In this document: positions 20,289 through 30,399 of the stretch, one piece after another | How positions within the stretch are numbered: position 1 is the first letter of the stretch | Layout: the number at the start of each line of letters is the position of its first letter | Source of the DNA: an uncultured bacterium | GTDB taxonomy: Bacteria; Hydrothermota; UBA3073; NMUJ01; CBEVQO01 | DNA length: 64,000 nt | Reading direction: 5' to 3' | Assembly: GCA_965552055.1 (NCBI GenBank) | Contig: CBEVQO010000001.1 | Span: 64,001-128,000 of the forward strand | Notes under the pieces: model-generated | Seen by the model: only the letters and a program-made list of their open reading frames with translations | Told to the model about the DNA's origin: nothing | The model's database searches: none | Made by a program: the position numbers and the translations under genes

Positions 20289-21500
20289 ATGAATGAATTC
20301 AAATTTAATACAATTGAAGAAGCTATAGAAGACATAAAATCGGGTAAAATGGTAATATGTGTAGATGATGAAGATAGAGAAAACGAAGGCGATTTCATAA
20401 TGGCGGCAGAAAAAGTTACTCCTCAGGATATAAACTTTATGACAAAGGAAGGAAGAGGACTTATTTGTGTTGCGCTTCCTCGTAAACGCCTTGAAGAGTT
20501 GCAAATACCGCTTATGGTGCCACACAATACAGCGCTACACGAGACAGCATTCACGGTCACCGTTGATTACAAAATAGGGACAACAACAGGTAGCAGTGCA
20601 TTTGACAGGGCAAAAACGATAAAAGCACTCTGTGACCCAAATGCAAAACCCGAAGATTTTGCACGCCCAGGACATGTTTTCCCATTATGCGTAGTAGAAG
20701 GAGGAGTTTTACGCAGAGCAGGGCACACAGAAGCCGCCCATGACCTTGCAAAACTGGCAGGATTGTATCCAGCAGGTGTTCTATGCGAAATACTGGACGA
20801 CGACGGACATATGGCAAGAGTACCAAAATTAATGAAAATAGCAAAAAAATTCGGACTAAAAATAATAACAATAAAAGATTTAATCGAATACAGAAGAAAA
20901 AGAGAAAAATTGGTGGAAAGAATTGTTGAAACTGTCTTACCCACGGTTTATGGGGAATTCAAGCTTTATCTTTATGAGGATGTGATAACGAAAGAGCATC
21001 ATGTTGCTCTTGTTATGGGAGAAGTAAAAGGTAAACAAAATGTTTTGGTAAGGGTGCATTCTCAGTGTTTAACTGGTGATGTTTTTGGCTCTTTGCGTTG
21101 CGATTGCAGATACCAACTTGAAAAGTCAATGGAGATGATAGCAAAAGAAGGTCAGGGAGTTTTACTCTATATGCGTCAGGAAGGAAGAGGAATTGGTTTA
21201 AAAGACAAATTAAGAGCTTATGAATTGCAGGATAAAGGTTATGATACTGTGGAAGCAAACTTAAAGTTAGGAAAGCCGCCTGATTTAAGGGATTATGGAA
21301 TAGGTGCACAAATCCTGTGCGACCTGGGACTATCAACAATAAGATTGATAACCAATAATCCAAAAAAGATTGTAGGATTAGAAGGTCATGGATTAAAAGT
21401 AGTGGAGAGGGTGCCAATAGAGGCACCCCCCAACAGGTTCAATCGCCGCTATCTACTTACAAAGAAAACCAAATTAGGACATCTCATAAACATCGATTGA
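20289..21500 (+). CDS. ribBA: Bifunctional DHBP synthase / GTP cyclohydrolase II
   Basis: [39 protein letters not shown]. Confidence 0.97.
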   Translation: MNEFKFNTIEEAIEDIKSGKMVICVDDEDRENEGDFIMAAEKVTPQDINFMTKEGRGLICVALPRKRLEELQIPLMVPHNTALHETAFTVTVDYKIGTTTGSSAFDRAKTIKALCDPNAKPEDFARPGHVFPLCVVEGGVLRRAGHTEAAHDLAKLAGLYPAGVLCEILDDDGHMARVPKLMKIAKKFGLKIITIKDLIEYRRKREKLVERIVETVLPTVYGEFKLYLYEDVITKEHHVALVMGEVKGKQNVLVRVHSQCLTGDVFGSLRCDCRYQLEKSMEMIAKEGQGVLLYMRQEGRGIGLKDKLRAYELQDKGYDTVEANLKLGKPPDLRDYGIGAQILCDLGLSTIRLITNNPKKIVGLEGHGLKVVERVPIEAPPNRFNRRYLLTKKTKLGHLINID

Positions 21501-24500
21501 CTATTTCGTTACCAGTATCTTCTCGCTCTTAGTGTAATTGCCAGCCTGGAATTTCACAAAGTATATACCGCCCGCCAGATCCAGCTTCTTAACATTATAA
21601 GTATAACGACCGGCTGATTGGATGATGTTCAGCAACTCTTTAACCTCTCTTCCTGTTATATCGCACAGTGTTATCCTGACCCTCGATTCCTCCGGCAATG
21701 CATATTTTATAACAAGATTATCCCGCACAGGATTCGGATATACGCCCTGAAGCTCGTAAGATACCGGCTTTGTAGCTACAAGTGCAAGCGGTTTTATCGT
21801 AAATCTAATGGGAGTATCAGGGAAAGTCACCTTATTGCCCACTACATCTTTCACCACAAAGTAATACTCAACTGTAGTATTCGGGTCCTGCTTTGGTATA
21901 AGTGCTTTGAAAGTAGACTTATCTTCTTTCATCATAGCAACAGGAATCCACACAGGATAAATGGACGCCCTGTAAATCAACTTCGCAGAATCAACTCCGC
22001 AATTATCAACAGCAACTACCTTCACCCAGAATGGACCGGGATATGTCGTATCGCTCAAAACCGTATAAGAGGTAACCGTGGGCTTTGTAAGATCGAGTGT
22101 GAAAGAATAGGTAACAGACCATGGACCAACATTACCTGCCTCATCAAATGCCCTTGCTTTCCAGTAATAAGTCTTTTCTTCGGTTAATTTCACATAGGTA
22201 TAATACCAGTGCTTAACGGTATCACAGCGGATAATCGACATGAAATTGGGGTCATCCGAAACTACAAATACATAGAATAAAACACTATGATAACCTGTCT
22301 CAAGTTCCTCAACATTCTGACATTCTAATTTCACATTTGTATCACCGATAACTCCTCCATCTTCCGGATAGACCAGTGCAGGTGCAGGTGGAGCCTTCGT
22401 ATCAATTTTGAAATGCCTTATATCAGCCCATGGAGTGCATTTACCAGAAGTATTCCATGCCCTGACAGACCAGAAGTATTCACTATCAGGTAAAGTAATA
22501 ACACATTGAGTTTGACCAGCAGGAAGCACAGTATCTACAATCGCGGACATCGATGAAAATTCATCGGAAGAAATCCCAACAGGTGGATAAACAGCTACAA
22601 CCTTTAATTCAAAACCTTGCAATGTCCCAGGAGCATACCACGGCTGACTAAACCTCCATACAAATTTCACAGAAGAAGTATTAAACGCTCCTATTGGACT
22701 ATCCGTACCTACACCAGCAGCCCAGAGAGTATCCAGGACAAAGTGCACCAATGTAGACCAGTCACTCTCATTACCGGCTTCGTCCATAGCTTTAACTCTC
22801 CACCAGTATTCACTGTAAGGCTGAAGCAACTTAACCGTATCATAATTAACCTCAACTGTATCAATATGCAACAGGGAAGTAAGTCCACTATCCGTATAAA
22901 CTTCAATTATATAATCCACAGGCGTGACCCCTCCTTTTGCTTCCGAACCCAAATACCATCTAAATACCACGATTGTATCGTTTAAGCGAACATCCTTCGG
23001 GAAAGACGGTAAAGGAGTAGCAGGTGGCTTCGTATCATATACAAATCCCCATTTCTCAGACCACTCTCCTCTATTCCCGGCAAGGTCTACCGCTCTAACA
23101 TGCCAGACAAAATCCGCATCTATTTGAGGAACAACGACACATGTAGTGTCATTCAACACAAATGCAGTCTCAGCATACCCTCCATCAAAGGAATAAATTT
23201 CCACTTCATAGCCAGCTATGCCAGCGTTATCACCAGCCGATGTCCAGACAAGTGTCGGAGGTGTATTGATGTAAGCACCATTAACAGGAGAAATCAACGA
23301 AGGCACACCAGGAGGAACAGTATCAACACTGAAGCTCCAAACAGAAGAATATCCGCTCCTGTTACCTGCACCATCAACAGCATAAACTCTCCAGTAATAT
23401 GTCGCTTCCTGTAAATCAGGAATAATAAATTCTGTGTCAACAGTTGTACCAGAATCTTTAATTGCAAATGTAGGATCCGTTGAATAATCAACCACATAAT
23501 AGCTTACACCCGTTAAATCATCGGTAGAACTCCTCCACACCAGCCTTCCATCATTTGAATAACCTCCGTCATCAGGAGACACAAGCTGAGGAACACTCGG
23601 AGCAATAGTGTCATCTAAATTAAATCGCCAGATATTAGCAATCGTACTAGCATTACCGGCTTTATCGTAAGCTCTGACAGTCCATACCCAAATCCCTGTT
23701 TGGGTAAGAGTCAAAGTATAAATGGTATCAAGTGTATGAATTTTATAACTGTCACTTATACTCTTAACTACCAGCTCATAATACATCAAACCCGAAGGAG
23801 CATCCGTAACGGAATTCCATATAAATAATGTAGGATAAGAATATAAAGTTTCATTATCCGCAGGACTCACCATAGAAGGTGAAGGCGGAATTGTTATATC
23901 CACCCCAAACAAAAGAGTATTAGAACAGGTTGACTTATCTGCATTATCAATTGCTATCACATACCAATCATGCCAGCCCTCCGATACTTTTTTAGTATAA
24001 ACTGTATCAAGCCCAACGGTATCATAATTGCCATCCACAACGAGTACATAGTATTTCAAACCTACACCAGCATCATAACTGCTATGCCAGACAAATGTAA
24101 CCATAGTATCATTAAGCCAAACACTATCGGGCGATATCAAACTAAATGAAGATGGAGGAGATGTATCAATCCAGAAATAAGAACCGCTCCAGCTATTCCA
24201 GTTACCAACAGAATCCAGTGTCCAAACACGCCAGTAAAATAGACCTTCGGATAATACCAAAACTATTTGAGTATCAGATAAAATCGTATCCAGAATGATA
24301 TTCAGAGTATCATTTTTAGCGATCTCCAGATTATAATAAACGGGTGAACCTGCATCCTGCTCGTTTGACCAGGCGAACAGAATTTGTGTGCTATCAATAA
24401 CAACCCCAGGAGCAGGCTGACGCAATACAGCAGTATCAGGCGCAGTGGTGTCAATCCTTATCACAAATGTATCAGAAGACAAAGAATCCCGTAGCACAGT

Positions 24501-24725
24501 ATCATACGCCATAACATACCAGTAATGCAAACCTTCAAGATTCAATGTCTCTGTTACTGTGGTATCACCCGTTATCCCTATCGTAGTATCATCAATCCTC
24601 AGTGCGTAAATATCTGCCTGAGCATCCGTCCATACGAATGTCACAACCTTATTTGTCCATGCAGTGTCTGCTGGCTTCACAAGATTAAAAGGCATCAACC
24701 CTATCAACACAATCAACACACCCAT
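21501..24725 (-). CDS. Secreted tandem FN3/Ig-like repeat protein (~10 modules) with T9SS-type C-terminal sorting domain
   Basis: Ten variants of W-x-V-x-A-x-D-x-AGN; C-terminal YPNPVR...DITGREVKEL...GIYFVKF...KILVTK. Confidence 0.8.
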   Translation of the reverse strand: MGVLIVLIGLMPFNLVKPADTAWTNKVVTFVWTDAQADIYALRIDDTTIGITGDTTVTETLNLEGLHYWYVMAYDTVLRDSLSSDTFVIRIDTTAPDTAVLRQPAPGVVIDSTQILFAWSNEQDAGSPVYYNLEIAKNDTLNIILDTILSDTQIVLVLSEGLFYWRVWTLDSVGNWNSWSGSYFWIDTSPPSSFSLISPDSVWLNDTMVTFVWHSSYDAGVGLKYYVLVVDGNYDTVGLDTVYTKKVSEGWHDWYVIAIDNADKSTCSNTLLFGVDITIPPSPSMVSPADNETLYSYPTLFIWNSVTDAPSGLMYYELVVKSISDSYKIHTLDTIYTLTLTQTGIWVWTVRAYDKAGNASTIANIWRFNLDDTIAPSVPQLVSPDDGGYSNDGRLVWRSSTDDLTGVSYYVVDYSTDPTFAIKDSGTTVDTEFIIPDLQEATYYWRVYAVDGAGNRSGYSSVWSFSVDTVPPGVPSLISPVNGAYINTPPTLVWTSAGDNAGIAGYEVEIYSFDGGYAETAFVLNDTTCVVVPQIDADFVWHVRAVDLAGNRGEWSEKWGFVYDTKPPATPLPSFPKDVRLNDTIVVFRWYLGSEAKGGVTPVDYIIEVYTDSGLTSLLHIDTVEVNYDTVKLLQPYSEYWWRVKAMDEAGNESDWSTLVHFVLDTLWAAGVGTDSPIGAFNTSSVKFVWRFSQPWYAPGTLQGFELKVVAVYPPVGISSDEFSSMSAIVDTVLPAGQTQCVITLPDSEYFWSVRAWNTSGKCTPWADIRHFKIDTKAPPAPALVYPEDGGVIGDTNVKLECQNVEELETGYHSVLFYVFVVSDDPNFMSIIRCDTVKHWYYTYVKLTEEKTYYWKARAFDEAGNVGPWSVTYSFTLDLTKPTVTSYTVLSDTTYPGPFWVKVVAVDNCGVDSAKLIYRASIYPVWIPVAMMKEDKSTFKALIPKQDPNTTVEYYFVVKDVVGNKVTFPDTPIRFTIKPLALVATKPVSYELQGVYPNPVRDNLVIKYALPEESRVRITLCDITGREVKELLNIIQSAGRYTYNVKKLDLAGGIYFVKFQAGNYTKSEKILVTK

Positions 24726-24745
24726 ACTCCCCCCTAACTTCTTTT

Positions 24746-24772
24746 ATTTAAATCATCATCCAAATTTGTCAA
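24746..24772 (-). promoter_or_regulatory. Promoter TTGACA-N15-TTAAAT
   Basis: Perfect -35 at 24767-24772; weaker -10; SD GGGGAG before ATG 24725. Confidence 0.55.
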
Positions 24773-24806
24773 GAAAAAATTTTTAAAAATTTTTAAAAAT
24801 TTATAA

Positions 24807-24833
24807 TTGACACTTCCACAATAAAATTAAATT
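24807..24833 (+). promoter_or_regulatory. Promoter TTGACA-N15-TAAATT, 8 nt before lipA GTG
   Basis: -35 at 24807-24812, -10 at 24828-24833. Confidence 0.7.
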
Positions 24834-24841
24834 TATTTCAG

Positions 24842-25693
24842 GTGATACCTTATTGGATAAAAGAAAAAAAGAAAATCTCAACGCAAGAATATAAAAAGAT
24901 AAAAGGAATGCTGGAAAATTATGGCTTGCACACTGTTTGTCAGGAGGCCCGCTGTCCAAATATCTATGAGTGCTTCAAAAGTGGAACAGCTACTTTCTTA
25001 ATACTCGGTAATATCTGTACGAGAAATTGCAGATTCTGTGCTATAAAAAAGGGAGTGCCTCAGAAAGTTGACCCCCTTGAGCCCAACAAAGTTGCGGATT
25101 GCATTTATAAAATGGGTATTGATTTTGCAGTTATAACATCTGTAACAAGGGACGATTTAGAAAATGGAGGAGCTTCTCATTTTGTAAAAACGATGAAAAA
25201 AATAAGGGAAAAGAAAAAAGATATCAAAATCGAAATACTCATACCAGATTTTAAAGGAAATATGGATGCTTTAAATCTATTACTGGAAGAAAAGCCAGAT
25301 GTGTTAAATCACAATGTAGAAACTATTAAAAGATTATATCCAGAAGTAAGACCCCTTGCAAATTATGAATTGTCATTAAAAATTTTAAAATTTTTTGCCG
25401 ATAATAGCATCATCACAAAATCAGGATTCATGGTTGGACTTGGAGAAACATTAGACGAAATAATTAAATTAATGGAAGATTTAAGGGAAGCAGGGGTGCA
25501 AATTTTAACGATTGGACAGTATCTTCGCCCTACGATGCATCATTTACCTGTAAAAAAATACTACCACCCTGATGAATTTGAAAAGCTAAAAGAAATTGCA
25601 TATAATATCGGATTTAAATTCGTGGTATCGGGTCCCTTTGTTCGCAGTTCTTATCGTGCAAAGGAGGCTTATTTTTCCTGCTCAACTATCTGA
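24842..25693 (+). CDS. lipA: Lipoyl synthase
   Basis: CQEARCPNIYEC, CTRNCRFC, HNVET, VRSSY. Confidence 0.96.
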   Translation: MIPYWIKEKKKISTQEYKKIKGMLENYGLHTVCQEARCPNIYECFKSGTATFLILGNICTRNCRFCAIKKGVPQKVDPLEPNKVADCIYKMGIDFAVITSVTRDDLENGGASHFVKTMKKIREKKKDIKIEILIPDFKGNMDALNLLLEEKPDVLNHNVETIKRLYPEVRPLANYELSLKILKFFADNSIITKSGFMVGLGETLDEIIKLMEDLREAGVQILTIGQYLRPTMHHLPVKKYYHPDEFEKLKEIAYNIGFKFVVSGPFVRSSYRAKEAYFSCSTI

Positions 25694-26319
25694 ACGCCAG
25701 CAGAAGTACCCAAGCGTTCTGCACCCAGTTCTATTAACTTTTTAGCAAATTCAAATGTCCTTATACCACCCGATGCTTTTATCTTTCCCCGCGTTCCTAT
25801 TGCTTCTCTTATCAATTTAACATCTTCTTCTGTTACTCCCCTCTTACCGAAACCCGTACATGTTTTCACAAAATCAGCACCTGCATTTATACACAATTTT
25901 GCCGCAGTTTTTATTTCTTCAGGGGTAAGCAATGGTGTTTCAATTATCACTTTTAAAATTTTATCTTCAATCTCTTTCTTCATCTCCTTTATTTCTCTCT
26001 CCACATATTTGTAATCTTTGTCTTTAAAAGCACCTATATTCATCACCATATCAATTTCCTCTGCACCATCTTCAACTGCTCTTACAGCTTCTTCCACCTT
26101 AATCTGTGTTTTTGATGCTCCAAGCGGGAAACCCACCACACTACATACAAATGTGGGTTCATCAGCGAGAAGGTCGGAAACATATTTCACCCAATAGGGA
26201 TTCACGCAACAACCATAAAACTTATACTTCTTACATTCTTCTATCAACCTGTCTATATCTTCGCGTTTAGCCTCCGGCTTCAACAATGTATGGTCAATGT
26301 ATTTTGCTATGCCCATCAT
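25669..26319 (-). CDS. deoC: Deoxyribose-phosphate aldolase
   Basis: IDHTLLK, VGFPLG, EIDMVMN, LKVIIET, FVKTCTG, KASGGIR. Confidence 0.96.
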   Translation of the reverse strand: MMGIAKYIDHTLLKPEAKREDIDRLIEECKKYKFYGCCVNPYWVKYVSDLLADEPTFVCSVVGFPLGASKTQIKVEEAVRAVEDGAEEIDMVMNIGAFKDKDYKYVEREIKEMKKEIEDKILKVIIETPLLTPEEIKTAAKLCINAGADFVKTCTGFGKRGVTEEDVKLIREAIGTRGKIKASGGIRTFEFAKKLIELGAERLGTSAGVQIVEQEK

Positions 26320-27754
26320 TTTGCCTCTCCTTCAAACCTCCCAGAATGTTTTCAAGTTTTTTACATTCCTCCAGAAATTCTTCTTTCTTCACCAATTTAA
26401 ATCTTCTTTTGAAACTCGCATAAAGAGCTTCGTCCTGTGGTATTTTCCTTAACTCGTTGTATGCTCTTTGTAAAAATAGCTTCGCTAATTTTTTATCTTT
26501 CCATTGTTTCCAAATAGCGGCTGCCATAAACAAATATGTATCTGCCTTGTTATTCGGCAATGTCAAAACATCAAGGTAATTTTCTGTTATTTCTAAAACT
26601 TTTGATTTCTCTTTCTCTTTTTCTATCATCCAACCTGCTTCCATTAAAAGGTCTTCCAGTGTTTTCTCACCTGTCTCCAGTGCAAATTTCCATCTCCATA
26701 ATGTTGCACGCCTTTTATCCACACCAACATCTATAGCTTTTGTCATACATTCGCCTGCCTTATCATAATCGCCCTTATTGTAATGCAAGATGCCGAGGTC
26801 TATCCACAAATCCTCATTCCTTGGCTCTATCGCAAGTGCTTCTTCAAGCAATGACTCTGCTTTCCTCATATAAAGGTCGGGATTAACACCATCAAGTGCC
26901 AGCTGCTGATAGCACACCGAAAGCATAGAAAGAGCTGTTGTAATGCCCTCTCTGCCGAGCAATATCTTTTGCAAAACATCAATCGCTTCCTCTATCTGCA
27001 TCCTGTAAAAATAAGTTCCTGCAATTTCAAGACCGAGCCATGTATTTAAATAATCTCTCTCAAATATCTCCCTGAATCTGCTTCTACGAGAAATAAGGTC
27101 TTTTCGCAATTCATTAACCTGTCCCCAGTAATATAACCCCTGATAATATTTCACTTCATATACAAAATCAGGACGGGATACACCTTTGAAAGTTACTTCG
27201 TAGGGCTCTGACCACGCAACCTTTATCCCGTATCTCACTGCCTCCTGATAAGCGCTCCTACTTGCCATCACAAGCGTATATAAACCTTTATCACCGCCAG
27301 TACCTTCAACTCTTTTTGCAAGATTTATAGCATAGCCCTCCGGACGGGCAGTTTTCTCAAATATATCCTGCAAAATCATAACTTCTCCTGTATTTATCCC
27401 GATTTTTATCTCGGTAGGTCTTTTACCCGATTCTATCCTCGCAGTATTAAAATCACTTATAAGCCAGCGCAATTTAAGCTCCCGTGCAATACCAAGTGCA
27501 AGCATTAATTTCTCACCAAGTGTTAATTCATCAGAATAAATTATTATGCAAACTTCATCGCCCCTTGTCTGATAAAAACAATCTTTAACGCATTTTTTCC
27601 TCCTTTTTAAATGCCTGTTTACAACATCATAAACAAGTCTTTGAAACGGCTCAATTATGTAATCACAGAATTCACGCAAAGATAAATTGTTAGCAAGTTC
27701 CGTAGAATTAACTAAATCCGCAAAAAGTATGACTGCTTCCTTTATTGCACTCAT
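26294..27754 (-). CDS. Class III nucleotide cyclase domain + TPR repeats, soluble
   Basis: LFADLVNST, TRGDE, IGINTGEV, INLAKRVE; C-terminal TPR-like helices; no TM segment. Confidence 0.8.
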   Translation of the reverse strand: MSAIKEAVILFADLVNSTELANNLSLREFCDYIIEPFQRLVYDVVNRHLKRRKKCVKDCFYQTRGDEVCIIIYSDELTLGEKLMLALGIARELKLRWLISDFNTARIESGKRPTEIKIGINTGEVMILQDIFEKTARPEGYAINLAKRVEGTGGDKGLYTLVMASRSAYQEAVRYGIKVAWSEPYEVTFKGVSRPDFVYEVKYYQGLYYWGQVNELRKDLISRRSRFREIFERDYLNTWLGLEIAGTYFYRMQIEEAIDVLQKILLGREGITTALSMLSVCYQQLALDGVNPDLYMRKAESLLEEALAIEPRNEDLWIDLGILHYNKGDYDKAGECMTKAIDVGVDKRRATLWRWKFALETGEKTLEDLLMEAGWMIEKEKEKSKVLEITENYLDVLTLPNNKADTYLFMAAAIWKQWKDKKLAKLFLQRAYNELRKIPQDEALYASFKRRFKLVKKEEFLEECKKLENILGGLKERQNDGHSKIH

Positions 27755-30288
27755 CAGAATATCGGAAAGCCAGCAGATACCGAGAAAGTTCTCTTCTCTT
27801 CGTCAGGCAATTCTATTTTGCCATCACCATCTTTATCGATATATGTTATTCTCCACTCAAATGTTAAGCAAACATTGGGTGATAACGCATACTCTATTCT
27901 TATTCCTTTCAAAGTATTTTCAGAGCGTTTGAATAACTCGAAGGGATGCTTCACCTGTCGTTGAATAAGATACGCTTCTGCAAAGTTTATCCTTTTTATT
28001 TTCTTCGTAAACTTGGCACTTAAGTAAAGGTCACCGTATTTTCCTTCTTTTAAATCATGGAAATACTCTCCTGATAAAATCAGAATGTTACCCACCTTTC
28101 CACTCAAACCAGCAAATATGCCATAAATACCCGGAACATCATCGAGCGTGCTTTCTCTGGTAACAAAATTGACAATGGTATCTCCTGAAGTATCAACTTC
28201 TTCTTTTATCATCACTTTGTTCAACTCATACATTCTATCAAAATATCCAAACTGGAATTTTTCCTGCGTCCATCTTAACTCTGCTTTCGCAGTAATTACG
28301 GGAAGCCTGAGAAGCACACCAACAGGCACTATTCCCATTCCTTTTCCCCATATTTTATCAATCTCGGAATACAACTTGAGTAAAGGTTTCTTTAAAAGCA
28401 CAAATCCTACATCCACACCTGTTAACAAAACCCAGTCTCTTCCGGGTATTCTAAAAGGTGTCCTCACGGTGTCTATCCTTGGGTCCCTTGGTAATCTCAC
28501 GGTATCGCTGTCCTGCACAAAACAATAAAAACTATCACAGGGAAAACCTATTGTATCGCTTTCCAGAATATAATAGTTGTCGAAATAATTATCGTTATCC
28601 CTATCGATGTCTATTTTATCAGGGATCCCATCTTTATCCGAATCTTTATAATATTTTTCATCTTCGGGAAAGGCGTCAACGATGTCTGGAAAACCATCTC
28701 CATCGGCATCCGAAAGTGCAGAATATTGGTTTATATCACCCGCAATCGTTACTCCGACTCTCAAATTCTTAAGTAAAAGAGGATAAGAAATCCTTAAAGC
28801 AAAAAAGGAAGGATTGCCAAGGTCACCTACTGTAAATTTCCAGAAAAGTCCCTTTTGTAAACCGCCAAAAAGAAGACCTGTCCTTTTCACATCAGGATAA
28901 TCTTCGCAGTTAGAATAATCGTTCACAATTAAACCTGCTCCATAACTTACAGAAGGAAGAGCACCTATTTGGAAGAAAATTTTTTCCCTCTCTTCACCGT
29001 ATCTTACATAATATATTTTATTAGTATAAGTGCTCAATTTCTTCCAATCCCAGTCTTCTTTTCTGATGTGTCCTTCCTTATCAAAATAAAGAGGAATATC
29101 AAGTGCTATTTTAAATTTACCGAAAGGAATAACTGGATGCAATCTTATCGATTGATACAACTCACCTTCGATTAATGCAGAGCCCACCTGTGCATCCATA
29201 GAAAAAGGTCTCTTTGCGGGAGCTTTTCCAACTTTTTCTTCTTTTTTCTCTTCAATCTTTCCTTCAATCTTTCCTTCTTCAATTTCTCTTTCTTCTTTCT
29301 TTTTCTCTTTCTTCTTAATCTTTAAGCCCAATTTTCTTTTTATGTAATTTATCTCTGATGCTTTCATTTTCACAGGTGGTGTCGGTGCTTCTCCCTTTCT
29401 CACCGTTGTTTTCTCACCCGGTTTTAGAATAACAGAAGGTCTGCCCGGTATTTTCATTGCTATAACTTCTACTTTGCCTTCAACAACACCCACAACTGTC
29501 TTCTGGTCGGCTCCTACTTTTGTCATAAAAATAGTGCCCCTTACACCTGCGACCGCAATTTCAGAGCGTATTTCGAACAAATCCCTCCCTTCTTTAAATT
29601 TCTTAACATGAGATATAACTTTTCCAAGTAAATTCTTAAAATTAACAGTTTGTGCACCTGTTGATGTATCATAGATTAAAACATTCAATTTAAGTCTTGT
29701 ATTTTCCAGTAATTTTACAACATCGCCATTCGGAAGTGTAATTTCTGCTTCGGATTCAATACTCGTCATAACTTCATCACCCATTTTAAGTCCCATATTC
29801 AGTTTCGCAGGTTGCCATTTCTCTTCACCTGCTCTCTTAACCTTCACATCACCCAGTATGAAAGTAAGTTTTGCTATTGAGCGGACAGATGGAGATTTAG
29901 ATGAAGATTTTACACCGCTTTCTTTGCCCTTCTTTCTGATGCCCGAAGCAACAATCCTGGCACTATCGGGAAGCATCTCATCCCTTCCTTTGCTTAGTAT
30001 TTTTATCATTTTTTTAATGGTAGATTCCGAGACATTTCTTTTAAGAGAATCGATAAGCTCTTTTGTGATTTCAACCTCTTTATTTTCCCCGATTTTTATT
30101 ATCCTTTCACCATATTTCAACTCGGCTTCCGATTCTTTATATGTCCTTATTTTATCCCCCACCATCAATGACATCCCTATTTTTGCTGGAATCACTTTGC
30201 CTGACTTCTCAACCTCCACCTTACCCAATACGAAATGTATACGCAAAACAGGCTCCACCACAAGCAAAAATATCAACAGCCCAGCCAT
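27754..30288 (-). CDS. Exported protein: two FecR-like domains, charged linker, putative beta-barrel with Asp-rich Ca-binding (TSP3-like) insert
   Basis: Start MAGLL at 30288 with SD GGAGGG; two GxV...GDxIxT FecR-like starts; VAGVRGT; DADGDGFPDIVDAFPED/DSDKDGIPD; terminal Phe. Confidence 0.7.
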   Translation of the reverse strand: MAGLLIFLLVVEPVLRIHFVLGKVEVEKSGKVIPAKIGMSLMVGDKIRTYKESEAELKYGERIIKIGENKEVEITKELIDSLKRNVSESTIKKMIKILSKGRDEMLPDSARIVASGIRKKGKESGVKSSSKSPSVRSIAKLTFILGDVKVKRAGEEKWQPAKLNMGLKMGDEVMTSIESEAEITLPNGDVVKLLENTRLKLNVLIYDTSTGAQTVNFKNLLGKVISHVKKFKEGRDLFEIRSEIAVAGVRGTIFMTKVGADQKTVVGVVEGKVEVIAMKIPGRPSVILKPGEKTTVRKGEAPTPPVKMKASEINYIKRKLGLKIKKKEKKKEEREIEEGKIEGKIEEKKEEKVGKAPAKRPFSMDAQVGSALIEGELYQSIRLHPVIPFGKFKIALDIPLYFDKEGHIRKEDWDWKKLSTYTNKIYYVRYGEEREKIFFQIGALPSVSYGAGLIVNDYSNCEDYPDVKRTGLLFGGLQKGLFWKFTVGDLGNPSFFALRISYPLLLKNLRVGVTIAGDINQYSALSDADGDGFPDIVDAFPEDEKYYKDSDKDGIPDKIDIDRDNDNYFDNYYILESDTIGFPCDSFYCFVQDSDTVRLPRDPRIDTVRTPFRIPGRDWVLLTGVDVGFVLLKKPLLKLYSEIDKIWGKGMGIVPVGVLLRLPVITAKAELRWTQEKFQFGYFDRMYELNKVMIKEEVDTSGDTIVNFVTRESTLDDVPGIYGIFAGLSGKVGNILILSGEYFHDLKEGKYGDLYLSAKFTKKIKRINFAEAYLIQRQVKHPFELFKRSENTLKGIRIEYALSPNVCLTFEWRITYIDKDGDGKIELPDEEKRTFSVSAGFPIF

Positions 30289-30307
30289 AATACCCTCCGA
30301 TTTATTA

Positions 30308-30334
30308 TTTATAAGCAATAAAAGAATTTGTCAA
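30308..30334 (-). promoter_or_regulatory. Promoter TTGACA-N15-TATAAA
   Basis: -35 at 30329-30334, -10 at 30308-30313. Confidence 0.6.
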
Positions 30335-30354
30335 GTATAACATCCAAATTTTTG

Positions 30355-30381
30355 TTGACAAATTAGCTTTTTATTTAAAAT
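30355..30381 (+). promoter_or_regulatory. Promoter TTGACA-N15-TAAAAT
   Basis: -35 at 30355-30360, -10 at 30376-30381; SD GGGAGG. Confidence 0.75.
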
Positions 30382-30399
30382 TTATAATCGGGAGGGGGT

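Noticed and set aside
20200..20289. FMN riboswitch before ribBA; T-box before ileS
   Set aside because: ribBA follows an 8-nt gap and ileS appears near-leaderless; there is no room or motif for either.
26294..27754. Pycsar/CBASS-type antiphage system
   Set aside because: No adjacent cNMP-binding TM or TIR effector; neighbours are deoC and an exported protein.
29230..29330. Low-complexity purine-rich tract with short tandem ttcaatctttcc repeats
   Set aside because: Encodes the Lys/Glu-rich interdomain linker (EEGKIEGKIEE) of the FecR protein; not an independent element.
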